A stretch of 64,000 bases of DNA, taken from assembly GCA_001938485.1 (NCBI GenBank), contig MQRK01244667.1, forward strand, positions 68,150-132,149, written 5' to 3'. The notes below the pieces were generated by a model. That model was not told where the DNA came from. It searched no databases and was given only the letters and a program-made list of their open reading frames with translations. Position numbers and translations under genes: made by a program. This stretch comes from Girardia tigrina. Its lineage: Eukaryota. Positions 39,536 to 54,500 of the stretch are shown piece by piece (within the stretch, counting starts at the first letter, position 1; the number at the start of each line of letters is the position of its first letter).

Positions 39536-42500
39536 ATCTTTATCTAAATTTAATCTTGTAGAAAAATTTACTACTATAAGGCAAACATAAAAATAAATTA
39601 CAATATAACGAAAGAATAAAAATTGTAATGAAAACTTAATTATATAAATAAATAATAATATAGGTGTAACTGATATTCATTACTTTACGTTTTTATATAA
39701 TAATTGTCTTACAAAGAGCTAATTTTGTATTTAGTTTAATTTTATAAACCATTAAAAGATAATAAAATGAATACCAAGTTTTTCCAACGCTTCTTCTCTC
39801 ATAAGACAAACAAGAGCCAAATATTTATTGACACCCCGCAAATAAAGTACGCTTTCGTTATTTAATTTAATTGTTGATGACGTTAACTCAGAAAACACGG
39901 CTTCAGTTTGTTGATGTTTCGGACTGTTGGGAAACATAAGAGTTACTTTATGATAAAATACACTTACTTGTATATGGAAGCAATGTCCACAACTACATCT
40001 ATCATATCACAGCATAGCTCATAAGTCTGCATATCAATCAATACCATGGAGTCTGTAGCCAGATAAATTTTGCTTGCAACATCAAATAAGAAAGCCTTTT
40101 CCAAATTGGAGTTCTAATAGATGGATGGGTTTTAATATTATTCATTAAATTTTATATCATTAAATAATTCAGCAGGTATCATAATTTTCTTTTCTAAAAT
40201 TTAATACTTCAAATACAAAAGGCTCCTCCGCCACAACTAGGAGAAAATGTTAAACATACTTTGCAACTTCCGCAGTTACAAATAAAATTTTCGACCAGAA
40301 GTTTAAATTCACAACTTTCTCTTACACGATATATTTTGAATAGTTTTATTTGTTGTGTGATGATAATAATTTTATTAAAATTTTAAATTGAAATATGCTT
40401 GATGAATATTTCCATTGATGAATATATACATTGATAAATTATTTGAGTAAAAAAGACTTATTACAATTAATTATATACAATTATTGACATTGAAATTGTC
40501 TTCGATAATTTTAGATTCAAGCCGCATAATTTGGACAATTTAAAATTATTTAGTAATTTAAATTTGATCGAATAATGAGTGGTTTAGATATAGAATTAAA
40601 ATTTATTAATCAAGAACGATGTCTAACTACGAAAGTTTTTGAGAATTTTCCTGGAAGCAATTTGAGATTTGATGTCAATAAATGTACTGAAAATCATATT
40701 AGGGTCCGTTCATAAACGACGTCACGCAGAATGGGAGTACGGGGGGGCAGAATTTTGTGATGAAGTATGACGTGGGGGAGGGGGTTTTGGAAATTTCACG
40801 TCAAATCGAAATGCTGAAGTATTTAGTGAAAGAATTCTGTGACGAAGTAAGACGAGGGGGGAGGGACCAGGTTTTTGTGACGAAATGTGACGAGAGGGAT
40901 GGGAGTTGGAAATCTGCTAAAATCACGGGACGTCATTTATGTACAGCGCCTTAGTTTTCCTAATAAAAATAATACACATTTAAACAAATGTTTCGTAAAT
41001 TTAATCATTTCGCCAAAATCCTTTTATTAGGTTTTCTTTAAAATCAAATTTCTACTTTGGTAAAATTTATTAAACTTTCACTATTAAAATTTATCTCTGG
41101 AATTTTACTAATTTTGTTAACAATTATTTAACTTATTTTAAATTTAATTTATATACTTTTTATTTTCAAAATCATTTCGTAAATATAATTAAGGTGACTA
41201 TTATTTTGACTCAAAAAAAATCAAACTCTCAGTATTTTTAAAATTGATTTCCCAGTATTTTTAATTAAATTCTCAATATTTAAAAAATCTAGTAAAAATT
41301 TTTTAACTCTGTAAAATTAATTAAAAATATACGTTCTTCGGTTTCTCGATTCATATATGCAATAATATTATTAATAAAAAAATTTTTTATAAAAACAACC
41401 ACGTTTTTCAAGCATTACCAATGCACTAAAAATAATTTTTTTTCTAGACATATGCGAAATTTTATACCTAACCAAAAACGTGGGGCGGATTTCTGAATTA
41501 CTGCTATTAATAACTGCTATTTCCTCTTTACTGCTTTTTAGTAACAATCTATCATTTCTATGCCCCACGTTTTTGGTTAGGTATAAAATTTCGCACATGT
41601 CTAGAAAAAAAATTATTTTCCTCTTTTTAGTGCTTGTAAAACCAATGCTTGAAAAACGTGGTTGTTTTTATAAAAAAAATTTTTTATTAATAATATTATT
41701 TTACTATTTTTAGTTATCATTTAGGAATTCAAATCTTTCGATTGATTTCGAATAACAGAAATNNNNNNNNNNNNNNNNNNNNNNNNNNNNNNNNNNNNNN
41801 NNNNNNNNNNNNNNNNNNNNNNNNNNNNNNNNNNNNNNNNNNNNNNNNNNNNNNNNNNNNNNNNNNNNNNNNNNNNNNNNNNNNNNNNCGTAAATGTTTT
41901 AAAATATTGTATTGTCATTGGAAGCAAGCCTGTATAAAAAATTCAGCTCAATTGGATGACTGAAAGTGGTCGAAAAATCAATCGCAAGATTTGTTCCAGA
42001 CAAGAAAGCAAGCTCATAAAAACGTGGTAAAAACGTATTTATACGTTCCTGGTAATTAAAGGGTTAAACAGCACTGAGCATTGTTCCGAGTAACATCACT
42101 ATTTAAATTATTCTTTCCTCGACATAATATTTTTGTAATTATCATAAGGGACGAAGTTTCAATCAATATGCCAATCCTACTTTAACATTCTGCATATAGT
42201 AGTATTTACGGTGAAACAAATTAATCAATAAAAACACTAAAGAAACATATGATAAACATGTGGATATTAAAGGAAATATGTAAATAATTGATATAATGAG
42301 AAATTTAAAATAGTCATTAATAAGATACTAAAAATAAAAACTAATGTGCGCGAATATCAGCAACCTAATTATTGAGATCATGTTAAAACATGCAAAAATT
42401 TGGATGAGAAGTACAGTGCAGCAATTCGTTGCTTATGGCAGTCTAACAACCAGGTGAGGGCATCATCAGTTACAGTCTTAATGAAATTTGTCAACGCGTT

Positions 42501-45500
42501 CATAGCCTAATTTTGAAAGGATGAGAACAAATGATTTTACCTATTTACATTATTTATAAATTATAAACAATTGAAATGGTATTGCTGCAAATATACTTTT
42601 GATATGAATATATGATGAATTCTCACATGATACTGATTGCTTAAATTATTAACTAAAAATCGAAAAGTTTTGTATTAAAATATAAATCTATATACAAAAA
42701 CAATACTAGAAATCAAGGGTGGACCATTGAATTTGGGGGGGCCCTGGGCTATGACAGCAAATGAAGCTCTACACCCCCAACTTCTATTGTTTAAAGACGA
42801 TTATAGTTTAGTAGTGTCTCACTTTCTTGCGCCTTTTTCGATCTAAAACCTTTGCATTTTTTATTAAAAAGAATAAATTTAAAAAATATTAGATAAACTT
42901 GATGTGTATCTACTTGAAATTTGGGTATGAAAAATTTATAAAGTTATTGTTATGTGTATTGTGCGGTACAATTTGTACCCATAACATAAACATAATAAAC
43001 AATATAAAACATGAACAAATAATTTATTAGATTTCGGCTTTTATTTTCATAAAATGCAGGTAACAATTAACAAAATTTTTATTAATGACATGAATCGCTT
43101 TCATGGACAATTTACAGAAATCTATTAAAATATTTATAAATAATATCTACCATAAGCAAAATAAAATGATTTATAATTTTTGTTATAAACACAATTCGGA
43201 TCATCCCTGAGACAATCTGTAGAAAAGTTTTCATACATAGACATTGTTCAAAAAGATTAAATATCTTTATCTCATAATCTGAACTAATTTGAACCTAAAT
43301 ATTCTTTCAAAAATATACAACATTCAAACATAAAACATCAACATTCCTCACAATGTGTATATATCAGTTGCCTGATATATCGGTATCAGAATTACAAAAT
43401 ATACATGACAATATCATTATTATTATTTTGATATTACTCATTTTAGGACCATTTTGTGTCTAATCTCAGAGTAAAAGGGGGTCCTTTGATGGGTGGGGCC
43501 CTGGGCTGCAGCCCATAAAGCCCATGCCTAAATCCGGCACTGCTAGAAACTTATTTTTTTCGTATTTTCATGTAATAAGTTCTAAATGTCTAAAACTATT
43601 GATGTTTCTTGTCCAAAATGTCTGCAAGACATTCGTCTACATACATAAATTATATATTTAGATTAATTGCTTTTTAAATGCACAATAAAATATCAAAAAT
43701 ACGCATTATATGAATTTATACTAAATTAAGTATCAATCTAGAAACTCTAATAATAGTGTAATCACTCTTTCAAGAATAATCATTTGTTTCGCATACGCAA
43801 AGGAATAGTGTCAATAGAACAATAGTGTCTTGTATTAGGTAATCACTTTTGATAAACTTATCTAACGTATCTTACAGTAGCACTAAAGTGTTTTATTATC
43901 ATTTTTATTGTTATTATTTTATAATAAGAAAAAATTTTAAAAAATTATAGTAATCAGAAACTTACCAAAATAAATAGATTCAGAATATTTTCGAAAACCT
44001 CAAGATATGGTATTAATTTCTGAACAACTTTACTGAATGCTTCAAATATCGAGTGATCGTAAATTGTTGTTAAATGATACCTAAGGAAAACAAAAAATAC
44101 TTAGATTTGTCATTTTAAAACTAGAGAATGTGTGATAATTATATCACTAATCTTTATTTTTTAAAACGATGTATAATACTTTTTTAATATTTTATGTTAA
44201 TTAAAGAAACATATATGCATTGTTTACCCTTCGTAACTCAATATCTTAAAAAAATACCACACAATGTAATAGAGAGAACTGTCAAATTCATCATCCTACC
44301 ACCAACGCCACCTGTAGGTACTAATAAATCACCGATGTTGTATAGATCGATGTGTAACAGATATGCAACAGTGATTTAAAATGTGATATGTTAATAATTA
44401 GAGATCCTGTAAGAGTTACAACGGTTTGTTACAGAAGTGTCACACTAAGTTACTAAGGGTTAAAAAATCTTAAAAAGTGTCGATATGAATAAAATGATAA
44501 TTAATCCAAATTACACATAGTATTACAATTCAGGTGCTTAATATACAAACGAATAGAACGGATTACACTACAGGGTCATCGGTCAATTCTTGTATATATT
44601 AAATTAGATAAAACTACGTGTCATAAAAAAATAACATTCCATTGTTATTCTAAATATTACGTTGAATTACATATTATGAAAATAAAACGTATTCAAAAAG
44701 AACTTTAAAAATAAATTAAATGTAATGAATAATTTTCTTTAGCTTTAGCCATTAAACAAATCAATGTGAGTAAAATTTGTCCGATTTATACAGTATTATT
44801 TTAAATCAACAGAAGTTAAAAAACATCAAGGACATGTGAATTACATAAGAGAAATAAATATAGACTGTCAACCAATAATTAAACAAGAATAAATTATTCG
44901 GAGCCAAGTATGGCTTCTTTGGTTTATATAAACCAGTACAGAGCCTCTAATGTCCAGTGAATCCATAGTTCAGTGAACAGTATACACTAGTGCATTGCCC
45001 TGCATCCTAAATGTCCACAGAAACTATCCAATATCATTAACATATGCACATAAAATGTGGGAGTCGATGATTCCATCAGTGAAGAATAATCTTCAGTGAC
45101 GAGGCACATTTTCATCTCTCGGGTTAAAAACTGCCACAGTTGGGGTGACGAAAACCCTAGAGTGATCCAAGAGAAAGAAATGCATCGCCTAAGAGCAACA
45201 GTTTGGTGTGGTTTCTGGGCAGGAGGCGTGATTTGTCCTTTTTTAAGATGATGATGAAAATTCAGTTACTGTAACTGGCAACAGTTATCGGGATATGATC
45301 ACTAACTTTGTTTTGCCTGCTCTGGAATAAATAGAGGATGAAGGAATTGATAAAATGTGGTTTCAGCTGGAAGACCTACTGCTAAACATCACGGGAGACA
45401 ATCACCTTGCTTCGTAAAAAATTCCCTGAGCGTCTGATCTCGTTTCTCAGCAACGACCAAGAATGGCCTCCGAGTTCATGTGGCCTTGTGAAATCTTTTC

Positions 45501-48500
45501 ATGGGACATGTGAAGTTACAAGTTTACGTGAACAAACCTCAAACAATTGCCGAACTGATGAGGGAAATTCAACGGAAAATGGGCGAAATCGACAGAGGCG
45601 TCTGCGAAAGAGTTATTGTTTATTTAAACGATCGGTAGAAACTGCTGTAGAAAAGGTGGAGGTGGACAAATGCTCTACATCATTTTTCATTATTAAATCG
45701 AAATATAATGTTGAATGAAATTAAAAAAAATTTTGAATTTTTCTTGGAATTTGGCTGAATTATTACATTTTTTAAAAAAGTACGTACTTTATGAAACACC
45801 CTTAGATAAACTTCAAAAATTTGTCAAAAATATGTAAAGCCATCATTAATCATCGTAAAAATAGTTATTTAATTTTAATTGAAATTTATAAAAAATGATT
45901 TTATGTCATTAAAAGTATAAAATAGTACGTTTTTGATCTCGGGCAAATTTTTGAACGGTAGTGTACATACAACAGGTATAAATAGAAGACGACGCGTTTC
46001 GAGATAACACTCCCATCCTCAGGTTAATCCACACCATGTATTAAACCAACACATTATACGGGAACAAATAATAATTAAAAAACATTTTATCAATAAATTG
46101 TTGAATTAAAATGAATTTATTTCAGATTACAAATGGTGGAAGCTCTATCAAGATATGTTGTGAAGACAATTCAAATTGTGTTGTTTATAAAAATAATGAA
46201 ACACATTCTTACTCTTAATATTTGAAATAAGAAAAAACAAAACAATTAGAATATTTTAATATGATTGGATGAATTATTTTAAAAATTTATCATTTTGAAT
46301 GTTAATTAATGAGTTGTAGTATCTTATCCATTGAGATGCACAGAAATGCCACTAGTATTGTTAATCGAAACCCTCTTGTGCAACGAAAACTTGTTTTTTA
46401 AATGAATGAAATTCTATTCTCACAACACAACCAGTGATCAAGAACCTCACTCGATCGACTTAATTGTGAATGCTCTAAATCCAGGTGTCGAGACAATTTG
46501 TATTTGGACTGTACGATTTTTTGACAACCATTACAACTAAATTTTTATAAAATATTAGCTTGCCATTGACAAACCGTTTTCGTTTTATTTGAGAGGAAAC
46601 TTTGCATTTTGGACGCACAAACTCATACAATGGAGTATATCATGTGACATTTGTACAATCATACCATTTTTTTAATTATAAACGTGTTATAAACAGTTGT
46701 AATGACTTTTTAGCCAACCCATTAAAATAAATGAACAAATTGTATTGAAAATCAATACAGTTAAAGAGAATAAACAATGGTTAAAAAGACTTCTAAAATT
46801 TTTCAAAAGAATAAAAAAACACATCAAAATTTTAAAAATTCAACGTAAGCTACTTTACTAAGACTTATAATAATATGCTCACCCAATGTTGACATTCTCC
46901 AAACCAAGGTCAATGAGATCATCATTCGATTTTTGACCAATATCCCTCTGGATGTCAATTTTCTGATCATCATTTAGTGAATCCACTTTATGAATAAACA
47001 CTTCGAATTTTATTGTCTTATTCAGTTTCCAGGCAAAATTGATAGTTGCATTTAACCGTGTTAAGGCATCTGTGTAATCGTCCTTGAATGATTTCGCAAT
47101 TAAGAAACAATTGATTTAACATAAAAATTGTAATTAATTTTCAACTACCGTATTTTATTGAATAAACCGATGCGATTATTAATTGAAGCTACTCACACAG
47201 AGTGCGTTTATTTAGTCCATCTAAATTTCTTATAAAATTTATGTATGAAGAATGGCGATTAAGTACCCATGAAGTAAAATTTTAGCACATGTTACATAAT
47301 AACATTTTAGCTCCCTGTATTTAGAGTTTATCTTTTCTTTTCCATTCTATAGTTTTCTATACTTTTCCATAATTTTTTCTAAAAGTATAAATAGGAATGA
47401 AGGATTTCTTTTAATCAGAATGTTAACCTTCCAAAACTTGTTGACAATAATAAATCCTTTAGTTATTTAATTGGTGAAAATCGATCTCGTTTCAAGTTTT
47501 TAAAAAGCGGGAGGAATAGCATATGGGATCCGTGAATCTCTACTGAGCTATAACACTAAAAATGATACAAATCTCAATGAAATTGGTCCCGATGATGAAG
47601 TTATAAGTGGTGATGTTAATGATGGTGAATAGATTGCATCTGATTAGATATGATTACTTAATTTGCATTACACGCTCTTTTGTAATAGTCATAGATGGAA
47701 AAGCGCTTTTTATTTTTGTATTTTTTATTATTCTCGTTATTTTTTATTTAAAATTAATAAAGATTGACTTTGGAATTAATAGAACTCGAACTTTCATTTT
47801 AAAACTAATCAGAATTTTACTAGATAAGAATTATTACTATTTAAATGCATATTTAAATGGGGGTGCGTTTATTCGATAAAATACGGAATTTTCTTTAAAT
47901 CAAATTAACATTAATCTCAAATCAGAGAAAGTAGGATGACAAGAACACAAAATTAAATACATTAAACCAGTGGATTCCAACATTTTTTTTCCAACATTCC
48001 ACGGAAACATTCCTATAGCTAGAGGAGCCATGTGCAATAATTTAAATGTCTTATGCAGAAAACATCAATTATTTTTTTAAAATTAAATACAAATATTTAT
48101 GTTCAGAGATTGTACATATTTGTTGATGAAATTAAAACGAAATTGTACGTGTTTGAATTTTAATAAGTTTATTCTTATCAAGAACACAGTGGGAAATCTG
48201 AGCCCGGTGTTTCTTGCACAACTGTACGGTTCCGTCGTGTTTTTGACAGACACACAAAGTTCATCTTCCACAGATACCAATTGTGCTCGTGTTACATAAT
48301 AACATGTTTTCATAAAAAATGATTTTTTCATATTAAGTTGAATTTTTTTCATATTAGATTGATTTTTTTTCACACTAAATTGATATTTTTTCATATTAAA
48401 TACAGAAAAACTCATTAGTCCAAATAAAAATCTAGTTATTGAAAATGTCGTGTTTCAAAAAATGTGTAGTAACAATGAAAATATTTCATTTCAGTTATGG

Positions 48501-51500
48501 ATCGAATTAAAAAAAATTATCGAATTTAAAAATGTCGAATTAAAAAATTTGTCCAATTAAAAAATGTGTCGAATTAAAAAATTTATGTCGAATAGTACGT
48601 GTGTCGCATTGTCATGGAACCGTTTAACAAAAGTGCTTAAATTTTCTATCTTATTCTAGTCAAATTCATATAGGACTGTAAAATCCTTATAGCTAAACTG
48701 TATAATTCTGATCATCAGATACCAAAATCTGAATAATTTCTTCAATAGATGATTCTGGACGTTGTATTCGCATACTATGATGCCTGAATACTATAAATGC
48801 TTCGGTTCCATGACAATTCGACACACGACAATTATACAGTTTAGCTATAAGGATTTTACAGTCGTATATGAATTTGACTAGAATAAGATAGAAAATTTAA
48901 TCAGTTTTGTTAAACAAAACGAAATTGTAGTTTATTTTTGGGTTTGTATGAAATTTATTGTTGTTCTCTTCATATTTTATGCGCTTATGAATATTAATAA
49001 AAGAAATTATAGAAATCATTGCACATTATTTTAATATACTTTATATAGAACTGATTAAATCAAAATATCAAAAATAATTAATATTTGTAAGTTAAATTAT
49101 ATTAATTATAATAAAAATTATTGGAATATAAAACCTACCTGTGCATCGATAACAAATATGACGGCTCGTGTGTTCTGAAAGATGGTATCGGTCTGAAAGG
49201 TGTGATCGATGTATTCGATTTGCCCGGGACAGTCCCAGATTTGGAATTTGATGAACGAACAATCAGACACGTCTTAATGAATCATCCAGAAAGCACATTT
49301 CAATCAAAATAAACATTATTAGATATTAGGAAACTAGTTCGGTATCGCCACCCACTAAGGAAAAATTTCATGCAAGCTTCTTTTCCCATCACATTTAAAA
49401 TTAGTTTTCAATAATTTTCAACAAATATTTTTCTAATTTTCCGTCAAAAACTTGTTTCACAATATTTAAAACACATTGTCTATTGAAAGAATTCGAAAAT
49501 GTTATTTATATTTCCAGTTTATAATTCATAATCAAAACAAATCAACTTAAATATATTAATTTAAAAATTAAAAAAAACATTAATTTAATAAATTAATTGT
49601 AATTATACATTTTTATGATATTTCGAAATATATTTAATCATTTTGTTAACGGTGGATAGATGTTTTGCCACGAGACAAAAAGCAAAATATGATTTATTGG
49701 GAATAATTATTTTCATATAAAACAAAAAATGAAATTTTTATAATACCGTATTTCTTCTAATAGAGCGACAATAATTAATTAGAGCGACATGTTCCATTAG
49801 ACCGACATGACGACTACCATTCGAAACAATAGACCGACATTGCTCACTTAGAGCGACATATCGCTTTATTAGACAGGTCTGGTGACTACTATTTAAAAAA
49901 TAAATCATCATCCAAATCAACATTTGTTTCTACCACCAGCCGCACACACAGTGGAAGCCGCGAGAGTTATCTAATTTACTTTATCTTCTATTTACCATGA
50001 TACGTGCTGAAAATAACATAGCACCCCATCTCCCGAGATATATCTCCAATGGAGTGTGGAGGGCTGGAAGTCGGTTTCATCAGAAAATATGAAAAAGTCA
50101 TTCATTGCATGCGGAATAACCATTGCCTGCAATGGATCCGAAGATGCCGAAAATGTATTCAAACCTTCTGGTTTGATGGAGTTTCAGAAAAAAACGAGGG
50201 TTAAACATTGAAATTTGATCATTACTAGCAACACTGGAAAATCTCGAAAGATGTCAAATTTCTGTTTAATTGTGATTAACAATATACTTCGTGATTACAT
50301 CGAGGAACTTCTTACTTACATCGTTCAAAGTTTAAAAAATTTCTAATCATGGATAATCATGAAGAAACTACAATGAAGTACGATTCAAATGCCTTCAAGA
50401 TGAGTTTTGTGTTGATATCGAAGAAAGTCCATCCTTCCGTCGGATTGATCATTAGATGCACCGGGAGTCTGACATACGTTGATGATAATATTACCAGGTT
50501 CAATGAGGCCGTCCGTCGAACGCTCATAAACCAAAATCGCTTAGGTAACAATTTCTTCCCATTATTATCCCTGCGACCCCTTAACCGCCCTACAACATTA
50601 CAGCGTCCCTACCGTACCGCGATTATCGCCTTACGATCAAGGATTAATTATTTAAATACAAGAAAATCTCGAATTTGATAATGAATATGTGTATGATTTA
50701 AATCAAGATAGTGTGAGTCAATATGACTCAGACTCACACTGATGCTTGGCTGCATACATTTTATTTGTTGAAAATATAATTTTATAGATTCTGCGGCTTT
50801 TGTAGTTCTACTCTATAAAGTAAACAACAAGTAGTGCTTGTTAGACCGGCACGATGACCACCATTCGAAACAATAGACCGACATGTCGCTCTATTAGAAG
50901 AAATACGGTATATTCAAACCAATATTTACATAATACTTGTACCGTAAGCTTAACCATAATCATATGAGGTAAGTCGAGAGTTTGTAAGTTCAGTTCCTTG
51001 AGCACAAAACATGGAAAATCATTTTACACGAAAGGTTTAACCCTTGAATGCATCTTGTATCAAAAATGATACAACAAACGTTTGAAAGTGCCATGCATCC
51101 AGTTTGTGTAAATAATTGCTGTCCTTTGTAAATAAATTATCTTTGTACATTTTTGTCTATGACGATTATAACAAAACATGTCAAAACTCCCGCCAATATT
51201 GATATAAACGTCAAAATAATATAAACAGAAAAAAATATTTCATGAAAAAATAAAAAATCATGCATTTAAGGGTTAAACAGGGTTTAGTAACAGTATTAAA
51301 AAATTACGCTAACAAGTTTAACAAGCATACAATGTATACTGGAATAAAAATGTTTTATGATTCATTTTTGCTTGGCGAAATTACTAGTCAAAAAATATAA
51401 ATTTGGTTTTTGTTCTTTTTGTACTTCTTTAAATTTTACATAAATATTTTTAAATATGTAACTCATTTTTTAGATTAAACAAGATTCAATTTATATACTT

Positions 51501-54500
51501 CTGCGAATTTTGGATAATGTCAAATTATTAAAAATACATGTCGCTTTAGGTATCATGATTTTATGTATGAAATTCATCAAACTAATAAACAAACCTAAAT
51601 TATTATTCTAAAAGCAATTTACGGTAGGCCACACATTCGTTTATTTGCATTTTGAGATTATTTTATCAAAACTCATGATTCTCGTTAAATAATTCGTACC
51701 AATAACATTTTAATTTGTTGATTTAAAATAAATGAATAAGTTTTCTTTTTTAATTTGTATTGGAGTATTTCTTTTTCTTTATTACAACTGGGATTAGATA
51801 ATCCAATAAATATTAATTTAGCAGTAAATTATTTTGTATAAATTTATTAGTAGAGTTTAAATAATTTTCGGGAGCAATACCAAACCGTAGAGAAAATTAA
51901 TTTTTTACCACTCTTTTCAATTTTATTAGTGCTCTCCAAAAACAAAGTTTCAGTCGGTGACATTTTATGAAAAACCACTTTCTGAATTGACGATTTTCCA
52001 CTCCTACAAATGAAACATATTCAACAAATTAAAACTTCAAAAGAAAATGCATTCGTATTGACCAAAATTAAAAAAAGTAATGTGGTAAACACGATGTTTC
52101 CAAAAAATATTTAAAATAATATTAATTGTTCACTCCGCTAAGATACTCAGCAACGCTGATGAATATTTGAAGTAAATCGCTTTTAAAAATGGGTAAGAAA
52201 ACTTTCGATCACATACTCTTCTAGATTACATACTAGGATTTGTAGATATAAATACAAAAATTATCAATAAAAGTAGTAATAGTTTAAAAAGATCAAATAC
52301 ACGTGATATTAAAGGGCAGGTTAATTTACGATATATATATATATATATANNNNNNNNNNNNNNNNNNNNNNNNNNNNNNNNNNNNNNNNNNNNNNNNNNN
52401 NNNNNNNNNNNNNNNNNNNNNNNNNNNNNNNNNNNNNNNNNNNNNNNNNNNNNNNNNNNNNNNNNNNNNNNNNNNNNNNNNNNNNNNNNNNNNNNNNNNN
52501 NNNNNNNNNNNNNNNNNNNNNNNNNNNNNNNNNNNNNNNNNNNNNNNNNNNNNNNNNNNNNNNNNNNNNNNNNNNNNNNNNNNNNNNNNNNNNNNNNNNN
52601 NNNNNNNNNNNNNNNNNNNNNNNNNNNNNNNNNNNNNNNNNNNNNNNNNNNNNNNNNNNNNNNNNNNNNNNNNNNNNNNNNNNNNNNNNNNNNNNNNNNN
52701 NNNNNNNNNNNNNNNNNNNNNNNNNNNNNNNNNNNNNNNNNNNNNNNNNNNNNNNNNNNNNNNNNNNNNNNNNNNNNNNNNNNNNNNNNNNNNNNNNNNN
52801 NNNNNNNNNNNNNNNNNNNNNNNNNNNNNNNNNNNNNNNNNNNNNNNNNNNNNNNNNNNNNNNNNNNNNNNNNNNNNNNNNNNNNNNNNNNNNNNNNNNN
52901 NNNNNNNNNNNNNNNNNNNNNNNNNNNNNNNNNNNNNNNNNNNNNNNNNNNNNNNNNNNNNNNNNNNNNNNNNNNNNNNNNNNNNNNNNNNNNNNNNNNN
53001 NTAATATTTATTTATTAATACACAATCATTTCTTTATTGATTATAAAATCATTTCAAAAATTTACCTTACAGCGTTAGTGAGGCAGTGAGGCAGGCAGTG
53101 AGTGACTTGGGCTTTTATAATATATAGAATTGTTTTGTAAAAGTATAATTTTGATATATTTGGTGTATATACCTGTTTGTTAAATGGACAATTATCAAAA
53201 ATTAATATCATATTTATTTAACTTAATAGTGTATTATAAGAGTACAAAAAACGAAGAAATCGAAATTAGATTTATTTAAAATAATCTGTTATTTTTTATT
53301 TTATGAACGTTCCCAACAGGTGGAAAATACTTAAACCACGTGTTAGACATTCGTTAATGTACATTATTTTCCTTTAAGTTGTTAAAATATCTCACGTGTT
53401 TCGGTTTAATTAGAAATTTAAATCCGATGTTTTTAATAATTTATAAAATATTTAATAAATAATTTTTATTCATTTCGAAAAACATTTTTTAATTTTGAAA
53501 TCAAATATCGATTTTTTGAAATTCTAAAAATCAAAAAAAAATAATTAAATTTTAATAAAAAAGAAAATTGTCCTACAATTTATTTTTTATCTATTACCCT
53601 GTTTTATGGTTATTAGGTACCACTGCTTACTTAGGTGCCACCTTATTAAATTTTTTTGGACCCTGAAATTTTGTTTTTTCTTCTTAGGTGCCATCTTATT
53701 ATATGTTTTTATACTTTTTTAAATCTTTTAATAAATTTCTTTAATGTATTTTTTATGCTTTTTTTAAAAATTTTATTTTTAAATAAAAATTAGTTTTAAT
53801 TTACCATAAAACGGGGTACTCTAAAAATGTCAAGTGCAAAGCGAAAGACTTATACATTGCAATTTAAACTAGATGCTGTTAATTACGCTCTAAATTCTTC
53901 ACATTCAAAGGCAGCTGAAAAAGCAGCTTTTAAAATTTTGTTCCGTTTTACTAAGGTGCCACTTTTAACTAAGGTTCCACTGTTTACTAAGGTGCTTTCG
54001 GGGTAAAATTTTGTCTTTTAAAGTCTACTAAGGTGCCACCATATAACCATAAAACAGGGTATATAAATATTATATAATATTAAATGAATAATTGTTTAAA
54101 AAAATTTTATCATCAATTTCGCTACAATGTCTAAGTTGGATTTATTTATCGCTTCGCGTCGAAGAACATTAGGATGACAAAAATATTATCCTTTATCAAA
54201 TACCTGTAACCTTCAATCTAACACTCCAAATTCGGATCATTTAATTATCTTACAATTTATCAAACTGCTTATAACAACAGAAGAAAACTCGACATCAATC
54301 CAAAATTAATTATTTTTGCCAATCAAGGAGAAGTTACAACGAAATTTGTATAACAAATTTCCTCAAAAAATTACGGAAAAATTTGACGTTAGAGATTTTA
54401 TTTAACTTTGTTACTACCTAATGCTATTTTCTGTGTTTAGTGATTATTGTTAGTTTAAATGCCTTCTTTCTTTTTATTCCTTCGTTCGTAATTAATTAAG

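Noticed and set aside
47995-48035. U17/snR30 m1/m2-like motifs
   Set aside because: Imperfect motifs and no supporting H/ACA architecture
16347-53004. ORFs containing X runs and IYIY tracts
   Set aside because: Artefacts of N gaps and (TA)n microsatellites
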